The notes under the pieces: model-generated
Told to the model about the DNA's origin: nothing
What the model saw: the letters and a program-made list of their open reading frames with translations, nothing else
Databases searched by the model: none
Source of the DNA: Dickeya dadantii NCPPB 898
Lineage (GTDB): Bacteria; Pseudomonadota; Gammaproteobacteria; Enterobacterales; Enterobacteriaceae
DNA length: 32,000 nt
NCBI RefSeq assembly: GCF_000406145.1
Contig: NZ_CM001976.1
Location: 1,525,315 to 1,557,314, forward strand
Direction: 5' to 3'
Position numbers and translations under genes: made by a program
In this document: piece by piece, positions 9,323 to 19,633 of the stretch
Numbering within the stretch: position 1 is the stretch's first letter
How the letters are laid out: each line of letters starts with the position of its first letter

Positions 9323-10402
9323 TTAGTGTTGTAATTGCCGCGCCAGCGTAATCAGCTGCTGCGCAACATCCTGCGGCGACAAGGTGGAGGGTTGCCAGGC
9401 GGCGGTGGTCTGACGGGGGATCAGCGTGGTTTTCAGCCGTAGCGGAGCGGGACTGTGCTTGTGCGGGGATTGCAGGCACTCCAGCAGCCGGTTGACGCTT
9501 TCCCGGCCCAGTTGCCGGAAGTCCTGACGGATGGTGGTCAGCGGCGGCTGGAAATAGGCGCTGTCGCGGGTGTCGTCAAAGCCGATCACCGAAATCTGTT
9601 CCGGCACGCGCAGGCCATACTCGTGGATAGCCCGCAGCACGCCCAATGCCATTTGATCGTTGGCAACGGCGATGGCGGTCGGGCGAACCGAATTCGCCAG
9701 CAGCAGATGTGCCTGCTGATAACCGGCGCTGGCGCTCCAGTCGCCTTCCGCCGTGGCGCAGGGTGTTAGCAGGTGGGCGGCCAGCGCCTGTTGCCAGCCT
9801 TCGTAACGCAGCCGGGCGGATACCGAGCTTTGTGGGCCGGCAAGCAATGCGATCCGGCGGTGGCCCAGCGCCACCAGGTGATCGATAGCCAGTCTGGTGC
9901 CCTGATGTGGGTCGAATATCACGCTCGGCAGGTCGGCGGTGGGGGCGGTGTCGAGAAACAGCGCCGGTGTGGCGGCGCACAACCGGTGGATTTGCTCCGC
10001 CGCTTCCTGTTCCAGCGGCACGTTGATTATTACGCCGTCTACCCGTTGCGCCAGCAGTTCATTAACGGCGCGCTGGACGTCGTTGCCATCGACGGAGCGT
10101 AGCATGGATATCACTACGTTGAATCCCAGTTCGCTGGCGGTGGTTTTAATGGCGGCGGCAATTTGGGAAGGGGCGTGCAGCGACAGGTCGATAGTCGCCA
10201 GACCGATGGTGGTGGCACTGCGGCGCGCCAGCTGCTGGGCCACCCGGTTGGGGATGTAGTGGAGCGCGGCCATCGCCTGCTCCACTTTTTCCCGGGTACG
10301 GTCCGAGACATGGGGTGCCTGATTCAGCACCCGGGAGACGGTCTGGTACGACACGCCGGCGTAAGCCGCCACGTCATTGAGCGTTACTGGTTTCGCTTTC
10401 AT
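9323..10402 (-). CDS. lacI: Lactose operon repressor (LacI/GalR family)
   Basis: 359-aa ORF. Its N-terminus MKAKPVTLNDVAAYAGVSYQTVSRVLNQAPHVSDRTREKVEQAMAALHYIPNRVAQQLA is nearly collinear with the E. coli LacI HTH. It is adjacent to lacO/lacZ. Confidence 0.93.
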   Translation of the reverse strand: MKAKPVTLNDVAAYAGVSYQTVSRVLNQAPHVSDRTREKVEQAMAALHYIPNRVAQQLARRSATTIGLATIDLSLHAPSQIAAAIKTTASELGFNVVISMLRSVDGNDVQRAVNELLAQRVDGVIINVPLEQEAAEQIHRLCAATPALFLDTAPTADLPSVIFDPHQGTRLAIDHLVALGHRRIALLAGPQSSVSARLRYEGWQQALAAHLLTPCATAEGDWSASAGYQQAHLLLANSVRPTAIAVANDQMALGVLRAIHEYGLRVPEQISVIGFDDTRDSAYFQPPLTTIRQDFRQLGRESVNRLLECLQSPHKHSPAPLRLKTTLIPRQTTAAWQPSTLSPQDVAQQLITLARQLQH

Positions 10403-10488
10403 GATTCTCTGTTAATCAGCCCCTGTATTGTCACCTGGCGTTATCATAACAAAGGCTGGCGACAGCAACTGCGACTGACAGAGAAAAA

Positions 10489-11205
10489 TTACGCCGCGAC
10501 CGGCGGATGCGTGACCTGCTGGTAATACCAGGCGATGGTTTTTTTGATCAGCGCATCGGTGGCATCCAGATAGGCGTCCGGTTCGGCGACGGCTTCCGGT
10601 TCCAGAATCAGCGGCAGTTCGGTGCAACCCAAAATGATTTTCTCCACGCCCCGTTGCCGCAGCGAGGCGACCACCGGCAGCAACAGCGCCCGGGCCTGCG
10701 CAATGTCGCCCGCCTTGTAGGCGTAGATGCTGTTCATCACCGCGTCCTGCTGCTCGTCGGTCGGTAATGTACAGCGCACCTGCTGGCCAGCCAGCGCGTG
10801 CTGGTAAATTTCACCGCGTACGGTGGCGGTGGTAGCCAGAATGGCGACGTGACGAACGCGCTGTTCAGCCACTTGCTGACAGGTGGCGTCAATAATGCTG
10901 ATCATTTCCAACTGGGTATGCCGCTTCAAGTCCTCAAACCAGTAATGCGCGGTGTTGCAGGGAATGATGATGCAGCTAGCGCCGGCGTTCTCCAGAATCT
11001 TCATGTACTCCACCATTTTCTGCAGCGGTGAGACGCTGTGATTGAGAATACACTGGGTGCGATCGGGAATATCCGGAATAGAAACCGCGATCATCGGAAT
11101 ATGTTCCTGATCTTTTCTGGCCGGAGTCTGCCGGATGAGTTTTTGCATGGCATCCACGGTCGCACCGGGTCCCATGCCGCCAAGAATGCCGACTACAGGA
11201 TTCAC
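10489..11205 (-). CDS. Aspartate/glutamate racemase family protein (aspartate racemase-like)
   Basis: 238-aa ORF with ILGGMGPGAT at the N-terminus and the two catalytic-Cys motifs PCNTAH and GCTELP. Confidence 0.85.
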   Translation of the reverse strand: MNPVVGILGGMGPGATVDAMQKLIRQTPARKDQEHIPMIAVSIPDIPDRTQCILNHSVSPLQKMVEYMKILENAGASCIIIPCNTAHYWFEDLKRHTQLEMISIIDATCQQVAEQRVRHVAILATTATVRGEIYQHALAGQQVRCTLPTDEQQDAVMNSIYAYKAGDIAQARALLLPVVASLRQRGVEKIILGCTELPLILEPEAVAEPDAYLDATDALIKKTIAWYYQQVTHPPVAA

Positions 11206-11302
11206 GTTTTCCGCCTCATTGCTGGTGATGTGGGAGTGGAAAAATCATCTCACAGCGCTCGGAAATGTGAATTGCGAAATTCCCATCCTCTATGTATGTT
11301 TT

Positions 11303-11332
11303 GCATAACATTGCTAGCGTTATGCGTATAAT
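11303..11332 (+). promoter_or_regulatory. Perfect 7-bp inverted repeat GCATAAC-N9-GTTATGC followed by a consensus -10 TATAAT; candidate LysR autoregulatory site/promoter
   Basis: Read directly: the dyad is at 11303-11325 and TATAAT at 11327-11332. It lies in the divergent racemase/LysR intergenic region, ~26 nt upstream of the likely LysR start. Confidence 0.45.
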
Positions 11333-11357
11333 GCGTTTTTCTGAAAGGTGTTCTTCA

Positions 11358-12251
11358 ATGCTGAATAACATTGAAACCAAATGGTTATACGATTTCCTCG
11401 CTCTGGAGGAGCACCGTAGTTTTACACTGGCGGCCGAGACGCGCAACATTTCCCAGTCGTCATTCAGCCGACGGATCCGAGCGCTGGAAGAGGCGGTGGG
11501 GTTCGATATTTTCGACCGCGGCGCCCAGCCGTTGCAGTTGACCGAGCAGGGCAAGATTTTTCACGCCCATATCCGCAACACCCTCGACGATCTGGAATAC
11601 CAGATTCACAAGCTGCATGGCGGCAGCCATTACAAGAACAAGATCACGATTGCGGCGGCGCATTCGCTGTCGGTGTTTGTGATGCCGGAGTTACTCAAAA
11701 CCGTGCCGGATTTGCAGGAGAAGATTTTCTATGTCGAATCCATCGATGTGGATGATGCGGTACTTAATCTGAAGGAAGGGCGCAGCGATTTCATTTTCTC
11801 GTTTTACAACGAGGAACTGATGTCGGAACCGTTTCGTCATACCCGTATCATGGATTCTACCCTGTACCCGGTGTGCGCCTGCGATGCGGCCGGCAAGCCG
11901 TTGTTTGATATTCGCGCCGCCGGGCTGCCGCTGCTCAATTACACCGACACCAGCTACATGGGGCGTCAGGTCAACCGCTATCTTTCCACTTTGGCGCCCG
12001 ATCGTTTTACCGTGAGTTTTGTCTCCTCAATGAGCGATTTGCTCAAACGGATGGCGAAGCAGGGCCACGGCATTGCCTGGCTGCCGGATTACTCCATCCG
12101 CGATGAGCTGGCGCACAAGGAACTGACCGTGTTGAAGCTGGAGCAGGCGGTGATGAAGATGCAGGTGTATTTGTACCGGTTGGATGCGCGGCTGAACGTG
12201 GCGTCGGAGTCATTCTGGCGGGCGATGACGACGCTGCGTTCGGCGCAATAA
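11358..12251 (+). CDS. LysR-family transcriptional regulator, YjiE (HypT/QseD)-like
   Basis: The ORF track starts it at 11292, but ATG 11358 gives MLNNIETKWLYDFLALEEHRSFTLAAETRNISQSSFSRRIRALEEAVG.... That is collinear with E. coli YjiE (HNIETKWLYDFLTLEKCRNFSQAA...) and has an AAAGGTG SD 7 nt upstream. Confidence 0.82.
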   Translation: MLNNIETKWLYDFLALEEHRSFTLAAETRNISQSSFSRRIRALEEAVGFDIFDRGAQPLQLTEQGKIFHAHIRNTLDDLEYQIHKLHGGSHYKNKITIAAAHSLSVFVMPELLKTVPDLQEKIFYVESIDVDDAVLNLKEGRSDFIFSFYNEELMSEPFRHTRIMDSTLYPVCACDAAGKPLFDIRAAGLPLLNYTDTSYMGRQVNRYLSTLAPDRFTVSFVSSMSDLLKRMAKQGHGIAWLPDYSIRDELAHKELTVLKLEQAVMKMQVYLYRLDARLNVASESFWRAMTTLRSAQ

Positions 12252-12276
12252 AAAACAGCGGCCGGGAGGGCCGCTG
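12250..12276 (-). terminator. Rho-independent terminator of the transporter gene
   Basis: CAGCGGCC (12256-12263) pairs with GGCCGCTG (12269-12276). On the minus transcript it is followed by UUUUUU (complement of A-run 12250-12255). It sits between convergent genes. Confidence 0.6.
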
Positions 12277-12338
12277 TCTGACTCATTCACTGTTTGACGA
12301 ACTAACCGTCTGACTAATTAGCGTATTGTCGGGCGCGG

Positions 12339-13628
12339 TCAGGCGTCCTGTCTGGCTTGTTGCAGCGCCACTTCCGCCTCGGGCTCTTCCTCGTCGTCGG
12401 TGATGTCTTTTTCCAGACTGGCCACCACGGCGGTAGAAATACTGTTGCCGATAACGTTGGTTGCGGTGCGGCCCATATCCAGGAACTGGTCGATACCCAG
12501 AATCAGCAGGATACCGGCTTCCGGCAGGCTGAACATCGGCAGGGTGGCGGCCACTACCACCACGGAGGCGCGCGCGACGCCGGCCATGCCTTTACTGGTG
12601 ATCATCAGCGTCAGCAGGATCAGGATCTGCTGGGTCAGGCTCAGGTCAATGTTGTACGCCTGCGCGATGAACAGGATAGCGAACGACTGGTACATCATGG
12701 AGCCGTCCAGGTTGAAGGAGTAACCCAGCGGCAGCACAAAGCTGGTGATCTTCTTCGGTACGCCGAAACGCGTGAGGGCATCCATGGTTTTCGGGTAGGC
12801 CGACTCGCTGCTGGCGGTGGCGAATGCCAGCATGGTGGGTTCGCGGATCAGACGGGCCAGCACCGCGATGGAACGGCCGAGGAATGCGTAGCCCACCAGG
12901 AACAGCACCGCCCACAGCAGCGCCAGACCGAGATAGAACTCGCCGATCAGCTTGCCGAAGTCATAGATCAGGCCCAGACCCTGAGTGGTGATGGCGGAAG
13001 CAATCGCTGCGAACACGGCGATCGGCGCCAGCGCCATCACGTAGTCGGTCACGCGGAACATCACTTTGGCCAGCTCTTCGATGGTGGACAGAATGAAGTT
13101 GGCCTGCTTGTTATGGTGCTTAACGTAAGCCAGCGCCGAGCCGAAGAACAGCGAGAACACCAGAATCTGCAGGATTTCGTTGTTGGCCATCGCTTCCACG
13201 ATGCTTTTCGGGAAGATATGGCTGATGAAGTTTTTCAGCGTAAAACCATCGGTATTCAGACCGGTGGTGACATGGTTGACCGGAGCGACCAGATTCATGC
13301 CGACGCCCGGCTGGAAGAAGTTCGCCAGCATCATGCCGATCAACAGCGACAGGAAAGACGCGGTAACGAACCAGGTCATAGCTTTCAGGCCGACGCGGCC
13401 CACGGCAGAAGAGTTACCCATGCTGGCCAAACCGGAGACCAGAGTGGCGAACACCAGCGGCGCGATGATCATCTTGATCAGACGCAGGAAGATGTCGGTA
13501 ACCATATTAAAGTACGACGCCACCTCTTTGGCACGGGCGCCGTCCAGATAGTTGTGGCATGCCCAGCCAATCAGAATACCGAGCACGATCGCCAGCATTA
13601 TCTGTATTAATAACTTCTGCCTTTGCAT
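12339..13628 (-). CDS. Dicarboxylate/amino acid:cation symporter (DAACS; DctA/GltP-like)
   Basis: The track ORF is 441 aa from 13664. The likely start is ATG 13628 (MQRQKLLIQIML...) with a GAGG SD. Family hallmarks are LIKMIIAPLVF, ATASSESAYP, PLGYSFNLDGS and ILGIDQFLDMGRTATNVIGN. Confidence 0.88.
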   Translation of the reverse strand: MQRQKLLIQIMLAIVLGILIGWACHNYLDGARAKEVASYFNMVTDIFLRLIKMIIAPLVFATLVSGLASMGNSSAVGRVGLKAMTWFVTASFLSLLIGMMLANFFQPGVGMNLVAPVNHVTTGLNTDGFTLKNFISHIFPKSIVEAMANNEILQILVFSLFFGSALAYVKHHNKQANFILSTIEELAKVMFRVTDYVMALAPIAVFAAIASAITTQGLGLIYDFGKLIGEFYLGLALLWAVLFLVGYAFLGRSIAVLARLIREPTMLAFATASSESAYPKTMDALTRFGVPKKITSFVLPLGYSFNLDGSMMYQSFAILFIAQAYNIDLSLTQQILILLTLMITSKGMAGVARASVVVVAATLPMFSLPEAGILLILGIDQFLDMGRTATNVIGNSISTAVVASLEKDITDDEEEPEAEVALQQARQDA

Positions 13629-14542
13629 ATAAACCTCATGTTGATGAATGTATTCAGACAACACACAGTGTTATTGCAGCGTAGCGGTCAGCGATGTCGT
13701 GAGACATACGCAGGCCGATACCCTGATTTGTTTGTGGGGTGTTGTGTCTGCCGCGCGAAATACTACAACGAAATCGGATTTTTGCCCTTTTTTTCTGCTA
13801 ATAAAATGAAATGCATCACTGAATGAGGTCAAAAATGCGTTATTTCCCTGCTGATTATGGGTAAAAACCAGACATATAGTAGGTATATATGTTTTTATAA
13901 TTTCATATTTATCAATTGGTTGTGTGTTTCACGTGCTAAGGCGGCGGGCGATTTTTGTGTTAATCATAACATTTTCTTATATCTTAATCGGAGTCAGCAA
14001 TAAAACAAATAATCGCTGCTGAACTATTTTTATCTGCACACGGTTTTATTATTGATTGATGACATGAGTAATTAATAAACAGTAATTACCCTTCTGTTCA
14101 TGAAAATATAATCTGGCGTAATACCGGCAAGCTGGTATGCAATTGAATAAAAACAACAGTAATTTTAATGACCTGCTTTAATTGAATCGGACGGGAGCAT
14201 TAATGTTATTTTTTTCTTTATAGATGTAATTTAAATGTTGCGTTTTGGTTTTTGTGTGAATAAAAATTAAGCAATTCCGCGTAATGGCTCAGCATCACGA
14301 CAATATTTCCTGAGCCAGTATCGGTAATCGCTTCTGTATAAAATAAACTCAAAATAGTAAACGGTTCTTATTATTATCTGTCGCGGCAGGCGATAATTGT
14401 TCATCTGGTGACCGCTTGTCGCCGGCGTGCTCCGGTTTAGCACGATTCAGATCAAGCTATTGGTGAGGCGACGTGTCATTTCCTCAGGGAAGCTCTTACA
14501 CTATTTCCCCACACTATCTATGGAAATTGGATTACGGTGGTT

Positions 14543-16720
14543 ATGGCGACACGACTGACAGACTCTCCGTCCCGGTTGTCTATTCTGTGGCAGGATGCCT
14601 TGCTGAAAATTTCTCAGTCACTGTTGCAACAGCGCACCATTCACGACCTGCTGCGGGCGCTGGATGGCGTGTCGTTTTCGGTGGTGCGCTTTGGCCGCGT
14701 CAACCTGATCCTGCTTGATCCACTGCATAACCAGATGAATTTCTATCGCCACGACCGCGAATCTGGGCAGACCCAGTGCAGCGAGGAGGCGATTCTGCTG
14801 GCGAACGGCCCTGGCGGAGTGGTGTGGAGCACCCAGACCCCGCTGCATTGCGATCGGACGCACTTCCTGCGCGATTTTCCCCATCTGACTGACCAGCCGG
14901 CCTACGCTGGGCTGAGCGACTATTGCCAGTTGCCGCTGCGCGGCATGCACCGTGGGCTGGGCGGGGTGGAATTCATCAAGACCGACGGCAGCCGTTTCAC
15001 CGACAACGAACTCGATTTTTTCCAGGCGCTGGCCGGGGTGGTGGCGCTGGTGGTGGAAAACATTAGCGAACGCGAGCAGGTGCTGCAGGAAGAGGAGCGC
15101 TTGCGCCATGAGCGCGACCATCTGCGTATTCTGGTGGATGTCACCAACACCGTGATTTCCAAGCTGGAACTGAAGGCGCTGGCGCTGGAGGTGTCGCGAG
15201 AAATCCACCGCTTCTTCGGCATCGATTTTATCGCGCTGGTATTAAAAGAAGGCGAGGGCGACACGCCAGCGCTCAAGTATCTCGCCACCCTATACCCGCA
15301 GTCCGGCGCGCCGAAAACGGTGCAAGGCGAGGTGGAGCGGGCACAAACGCTGGCAGACGGCGTGATGGCGCAGCATCAGCCGCAACTGATACGAGTAACG
15401 GAGCGCCCTCAACGCGGCGAACCGCGCCCGCTTTGTCAGTGGTTTGATCGCGAACTGTCTCACGTTTGCCTGTTGCCGCTGGCGTTCGGCAACCGGACGT
15501 TGGGTGTGCTGGAACTGGCGCACCGTTCTGCGCTGGCGGTCAGCGAGGCGGATCTCCGGCTACTGCGGCAGATTGCCGCGCGTATCGCCATTGCGCTGGA
15601 TAACGCGCTGGCCTATGAGCAGATCACCCGGCTGAAGGATTCGCTGATCCATGAAAACTTCTACCTGACCGAACAACTGACCGAGCATATTCATCAGCGC
15701 AGCGGCGATGAGTTTGGCGAAATCATCGGCCGCAGCGCGGCGATCCGCCAGGTGCTGGAACAGGTGGAGATGGTGGCGGCCAGCGACAGCACCGTGCTGA
15801 TTCTGGGGGAAACCGGCACCGGCAAGGAGCTGATTGCCCGCGCCATCCACAGTCTGAGCCAGCGTAAAGTCCAGCATATGGTAAAAATGAATTGCGCCGC
15901 CATTCCGTCCGGCCTGCTGGAAAGCGACCTGTTCGGCCATGAAAAGGGCGCGTTCACCGGCGCTACCAGCCAGCGTCAGGGGCGGTTTGAACAGGCGGAT
16001 AACAGCACGTTGTTTCTGGATGAGGTGGGCGATATCCCGCTGGAACTGCAGCCCAAACTGCTGCGGGTATTGCAGGAGCGGGAGATCGAGCGGCTGGGCG
16101 GCAGCAAAGTGATTTCGGTGGATGTGCGGTTGATCGCCGCCACCAACCGTGACCTGAAGCAGATGGTGGCGGACCGCGAATACCGCAGCGACCTTTATTA
16201 CCGACTCAACGTGTTTCCCATCGTCATTCCGCCGCTGCGCGAGCGGCCGGAAGATATTCCGCTGCTGGTGAAGTTTTTCACCCGCAAGATCGCCCGCCGC
16301 ATGAACCGCACCATCGACAGCATTCCGTCCGACATGTTGCGTCAACTGAGCCGTTTGCCGTGGCCCGGCAACGTGCGGGAACTGGAAAACGTGGTGGAGC
16401 GGGCGGTGATCCTGACGCGCGGCACCACGCTCAATCTGCAGATCGATGAATTGCAGCATCATCTGTCGCCGCTGGAGGTGCCCAAACCGGCGCACCGCGA
16501 CTTTCCGCCGCCGCCGGTGGCGGCTGAGCCGTCATCCGGGCAACTGGATGCTGACGAGGAATCGGAGCGCGAGCGTATTATCCGGGTATTGCGGGAAACC
16601 AACGGCATCGTCGCCGGCCCGAAAGGCGCCGCCGCCCGGCTCGGGCTTAAGCGCACCACATTGTTGTCGCGCATGCAACGTATGGGGATTTCCGCCCGGG
16701 AAATCGAGGGAATTTCCTGA
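14543..16720 (+). CDS. fhlA: Sigma-54-dependent formate hydrogenlyase transcriptional activator (GAF-GAF-AAA+-HTH)
   Basis: ~725-aa ORF (ATG 14543; an in-frame GTG at 14537 is also possible). It is collinear with E. coli FhlA: [47 protein letters not shown], the GAFTGA motif and the C-terminal [25 protein letters not shown]. Confidence 0.9.
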   Translation: MATRLTDSPSRLSILWQDALLKISQSLLQQRTIHDLLRALDGVSFSVVRFGRVNLILLDPLHNQMNFYRHDRESGQTQCSEEAILLANGPGGVVWSTQTPLHCDRTHFLRDFPHLTDQPAYAGLSDYCQLPLRGMHRGLGGVEFIKTDGSRFTDNELDFFQALAGVVALVVENISEREQVLQEEERLRHERDHLRILVDVTNTVISKLELKALALEVSREIHRFFGIDFIALVLKEGEGDTPALKYLATLYPQSGAPKTVQGEVERAQTLADGVMAQHQPQLIRVTERPQRGEPRPLCQWFDRELSHVCLLPLAFGNRTLGVLELAHRSALAVSEADLRLLRQIAARIAIALDNALAYEQITRLKDSLIHENFYLTEQLTEHIHQRSGDEFGEIIGRSAAIRQVLEQVEMVAASDSTVLILGETGTGKELIARAIHSLSQRKVQHMVKMNCAAIPSGLLESDLFGHEKGAFTGATSQRQGRFEQADNSTLFLDEVGDIPLELQPKLLRVLQEREIERLGGSKVISVDVRLIAATNRDLKQMVADREYRSDLYYRLNVFPIVIPPLRERPEDIPLLVKFFTRKIARRMNRTIDSIPSDMLRQLSRLPWPGNVRELENVVERAVILTRGTTLNLQIDELQHHLSPLEVPKPAHRDFPPPPVAAEPSSGQLDADEESERERIIRVLRETNGIVAGPKGAAARLGLKRTTLLSRMQRMGISAREIEGIS

Positions 16721-16757
16721 TTTTCGTGATTGAAACGATGAGGTTGTGAGACGGCTT

Positions 16758-16791
16758 GAAAAAGCCATCCTCCCCGAACGAGGAGGATGGC
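16758..16791 (-). terminator. Rho-independent terminator of fdhF
   Basis: GCCATCCTCC (16764-16773) pairs with GGAGGATGGC (16782-16791), a 10-bp stem. On the minus transcript it is followed by UUUUUC. Confidence 0.65.
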
Positions 16792-16811
16792 GAAGGGGTG
16801 ATGGCGAAGGA

Positions 16812-18962
16812 TTAACCGGCCACTTCCGCTTCTTTACGCAGACGGGCTTTCAGCGCGCTGTACTCCTGTACGACGTAGTTCTCCGCCCAGTTCTGGTCGG
16901 CGATCGGTTCCAGTTTCACCGCGCAGTGCTTGTATTCCGGCGTCTTGGCGATCGGGTCCACTTCGTCCAGCGTCAGTTCGTTACAGGCGCCAATCCACCA
17001 CTGATAGGTCATGTAAACCGCGCCCTTGTTGATGCGCTCGCTGACCATCGCCCGGCTGATCACCTTGCCGCGGCGTGACGCCACCCATGTTAGTTGTTGA
17101 TCGCGAATGCCGAGACGAGCGGCGTCTTCCGGGTTCATCTGCACGTAGCCCGGCTCGTCCGCCAATGTTTGCAGCGCGGTGCAGTTGCCGGTCATGGAGC
17201 GGCAGGAGTAGTGACCGACTTCGCGCACCGTGGAGAGCACCAGCGGGTAGTCGGCGTCGGTCTGCTCCATCGGCGGGTGCCATTCGGTCGCAAACAGCAG
17301 CCCTTTGCCGTTCGGGCGGTCGAACTGGTTGCCGGCGTACAGCCACGGCGTGCCTGGGCTGTCTTCGGTCAGGCACGGCCACGGCACATAGCCCAGACCG
17401 GCCATTTTCTCGTAGGTAGCGCCGTAATAGAGCGGGCACAGATTGCGCAGCTCATCCCAGATTTCATTGGTGTTGTTGTAGTGCATCGGGTAGCCCAGCG
17501 CGGTCGCCATCAGGCTGATGATTTCCCAGTCCGGCTTGACGTTGCCCTGCGGTTCCACCGCCTTGTAGAAACGCTGGAAGCCACGGTCGGCGGCCGAATA
17601 CACCCCTTCATGCTCGCCCCAGGAGGTGGCGGGGAAGATCACGTCCGCCACGGCGGCGGTCTTGGTCATGAAGATGTCCTGAACGATCAGCAATTCCAGC
17701 TGGTTGAAGGTTTCGCGCACCACCGACAGGTCCGGCTCGGTTTGCAATGGGTCTTCGCCCATCAGGTAGTTGGCCTTGATCTTGCCTTCCTTGATCATGT
17801 GCGGCACGTCGGTCAGCGAGTAGCCGATGCGGTCGGACAACGACGGCACGCCCCAGGCTTTGGCGAATTTTTCGCGCACGTCCGCGTCGGTGACTTGTTG
17901 GTAGCCGGGGAACTGGTTCGGCAGCGCGCCCATATCGCAGGCGCCCTGTACGTTGTTCTGGCCGCGTACCGGGCCGACGCCGACATTCGGACGGCCGAGG
18001 TTACCGGTGAGCAACGCCAGGCCGGACAGACCTTTCACCACGTCCACGCCCTGCGTCCACTGGGTGACGCCCATGCCCCACAGAATGGTGGCGGACGGCG
18101 CGGCGGCGTACATACGAATGGCGTCACGGATCAGCTGCGGGTCGAGACCGGTGATGTCCGCCACGTATTCCGGCGTGTATTTCGCCACCAGATTGCGGTA
18201 TTCCTCGAACCCTTCGGTATGTTGCGCCACGAAATTCGCGTTATACAGCCCTTCATTGAGCAACACGTTGGCGAAAGCGTTGACCAGCGCCATGTTGGAA
18301 CCGTTCTTCAGCGGCAGCCACAGGTCGGCGATGCGGGCGGTTTCGATGTGCCGCGGGTCGCAGACGATGATTTTAGCGCCGCGTTCTTTGGCCTTGATGA
18401 TGCGACGCGCCACAATCGGGTGAGAGTCGGCGGCGTTGTAGCCGAACACCAGAATGCAGTCGGTGTGTTCGATTTCGCAAATCGAGTTACTCATCGCGCC
18501 GTTGCCCAGCGTTACCTGCAGGCCGGAAACCGACGGGCCGTGACAGACGCGGGCGCAGCAGTCGATGTTGTTGGTGCCGGTGACCGCGCGGGCGAATTTC
18601 TGCATCACATAGTTGGTTTCGTTGCCCGGCCCGCGGGACGAACCGGTGTGCATGATGGCGTCCGGACCGTATTTTTCCTTGATGGCTTTCAGGCGGGAAC
18701 TGGCGAAGTCGATGGCTTCGTCCCAGGACACCACCTCAAACGGCGCGCCTTTCTGGCGGCGGATCATCGGTTGCTTCAGCCGTGGGGTTAACAGCTTGGT
18801 GTCGTTGAGAAAATCCCAGCCGTAATAGCCTTTCAGGCACAGCTCGCCTTCGTTGGTCAGGCCGTTGGCGCCTTCCGCGCCGACCACTTTGCCGTTTTCC
18901 ACCAACAGGTTAATTTTGCAGCCTGACCCACAGTAAGGGCAGACGGTAATTACTTTCTGCAT
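16812..18962 (-). CDS. fdhF: Formate dehydrogenase H, cysteine-containing variant (no in-frame UGA)
   Basis: The track ORF starts at 18980. ATG 18962 (MQKVITVCPYCGSGCKINL...) aligns with the E. coli FdhF N-terminus and has an AAGGAG SD upstream. The active-site block reads NNIDCCARVCHGPSV, with TGT (18543-18545) where E. coli has UGA-Sec140. Confidence 0.93.
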   Translation of the reverse strand: MQKVITVCPYCGSGCKINLLVENGKVVGAEGANGLTNEGELCLKGYYGWDFLNDTKLLTPRLKQPMIRRQKGAPFEVVSWDEAIDFASSRLKAIKEKYGPDAIMHTGSSRGPGNETNYVMQKFARAVTGTNNIDCCARVCHGPSVSGLQVTLGNGAMSNSICEIEHTDCILVFGYNAADSHPIVARRIIKAKERGAKIIVCDPRHIETARIADLWLPLKNGSNMALVNAFANVLLNEGLYNANFVAQHTEGFEEYRNLVAKYTPEYVADITGLDPQLIRDAIRMYAAAPSATILWGMGVTQWTQGVDVVKGLSGLALLTGNLGRPNVGVGPVRGQNNVQGACDMGALPNQFPGYQQVTDADVREKFAKAWGVPSLSDRIGYSLTDVPHMIKEGKIKANYLMGEDPLQTEPDLSVVRETFNQLELLIVQDIFMTKTAAVADVIFPATSWGEHEGVYSAADRGFQRFYKAVEPQGNVKPDWEIISLMATALGYPMHYNNTNEIWDELRNLCPLYYGATYEKMAGLGYVPWPCLTEDSPGTPWLYAGNQFDRPNGKGLLFATEWHPPMEQTDADYPLVLSTVREVGHYSCRSMTGNCTALQTLADEPGYVQMNPEDAARLGIRDQQLTWVASRRGKVISRAMVSERINKGAVYMTYQWWIGACNELTLDEVDPIAKTPEYKHCAVKLEPIADQNWAENYVVQEYSALKARLRKEAEVAG

Positions 18963-18996
18963 GACATTGCTCTCCTTCATCGTACCGACGGCACGC

Positions 18997-19539
18997 TCAG
19001 AATTTCATTTCCGCGGCTTCATCGAGTGCTGCGCGCCGCTGTTTACGTTGGATCATCTCCTGAATGTCTTCCCGGCTGATCAGGCGCAGGGCTTTGGTCG
19101 GGCAGACCTCAACGCAGGCCGGGCCGTTGGCGCGCCCTTCGCACAGGTCGCACTTGTGCGCTTCCGCCTTGATGCAGTTACCCAGCGTTTGATAATGGCT
19201 GATACGCGCCACCGGTTTACTGATCACCGTCATGGCGCCGTACGGACAGGCCACCACGCAGGTTTTGCAGCCAATGCATTTTTCCTGCTGTACCCGGATA
19301 TGATCGCCGGCGTGTACGATCGCCCCGTTAGGGCAAACATTGGCGCAGGGCGCGTCTTCACAGTGGCGGCATTGAATCGTGGTGCTGACATTCAGCCCCT
19401 TCACCACTTTCAGGCGCGGCGTGAAATGTTCTGGCGACAGCGACGACGGATTGCCGTCGCTGTGCGCCAGCACGCAGGCGACTTCGCAGGTGCGGCAGCC
19501 AATACATTTCCTGGGGTCTGCTAAAACGAACCGGTTCAT
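18997..19539 (-). CDS. hydN: 4Fe-4S ferredoxin-type electron transfer protein HydN
   Basis: 180 aa. MNRFVLADPRKCIGCRTCEVACVLAH...CRHCEDAPCANVCPNGAI...CIGCKTCVVACPYGAM...CDLC...GPACVEVCPT is collinear with E. coli HydN. Confidence 0.9.
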   Translation of the reverse strand: MNRFVLADPRKCIGCRTCEVACVLAHSDGNPSSLSPEHFTPRLKVVKGLNVSTTIQCRHCEDAPCANVCPNGAIVHAGDHIRVQQEKCIGCKTCVVACPYGAMTVISKPVARISHYQTLGNCIKAEAHKCDLCEGRANGPACVEVCPTKALRLISREDIQEMIQRKQRRAALDEAAEMKF

Positions 19540-19616
19540 GACAGGGTCTCCTTCCGCGGCTCTGATGGACTAAGGGTTATGTCGACGGCCCGGTCGCCGA
19601 CACATCACCACAGATA

Positions 19617-19633
19617 AAGCAGGGTTTATGCCA
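19617..19633 (-). promoter_or_regulatory. Sigma-54 (-24/-12) promoter upstream of hydN-fdhF
   Basis: The minus strand reads TGGCATAAACCCTGCTT. GG and GC have the canonical spacing of TGGCAC-N5-TTGC. It lies ~80 nt upstream of the hydN ATG, and an FhlA-type activator is encoded nearby. Confidence 0.65.

Noticed and set aside
12357-13610. 417-aa plus-strand ORF
   Set aside because: It is antisense to the DAACS transporter gene. Its composition (His/Gln/Arg/Gly runs) is not protein-like, whereas the minus-strand product has clear family motifs.
14285-14317. 8-bp stem TGGCTCAG/CTGAGCCA as a terminator or sRNA
   Set aside because: It has a 17-nt loop and no adjacent U tract on either strand, so it cannot be called a functional element from sequence alone.
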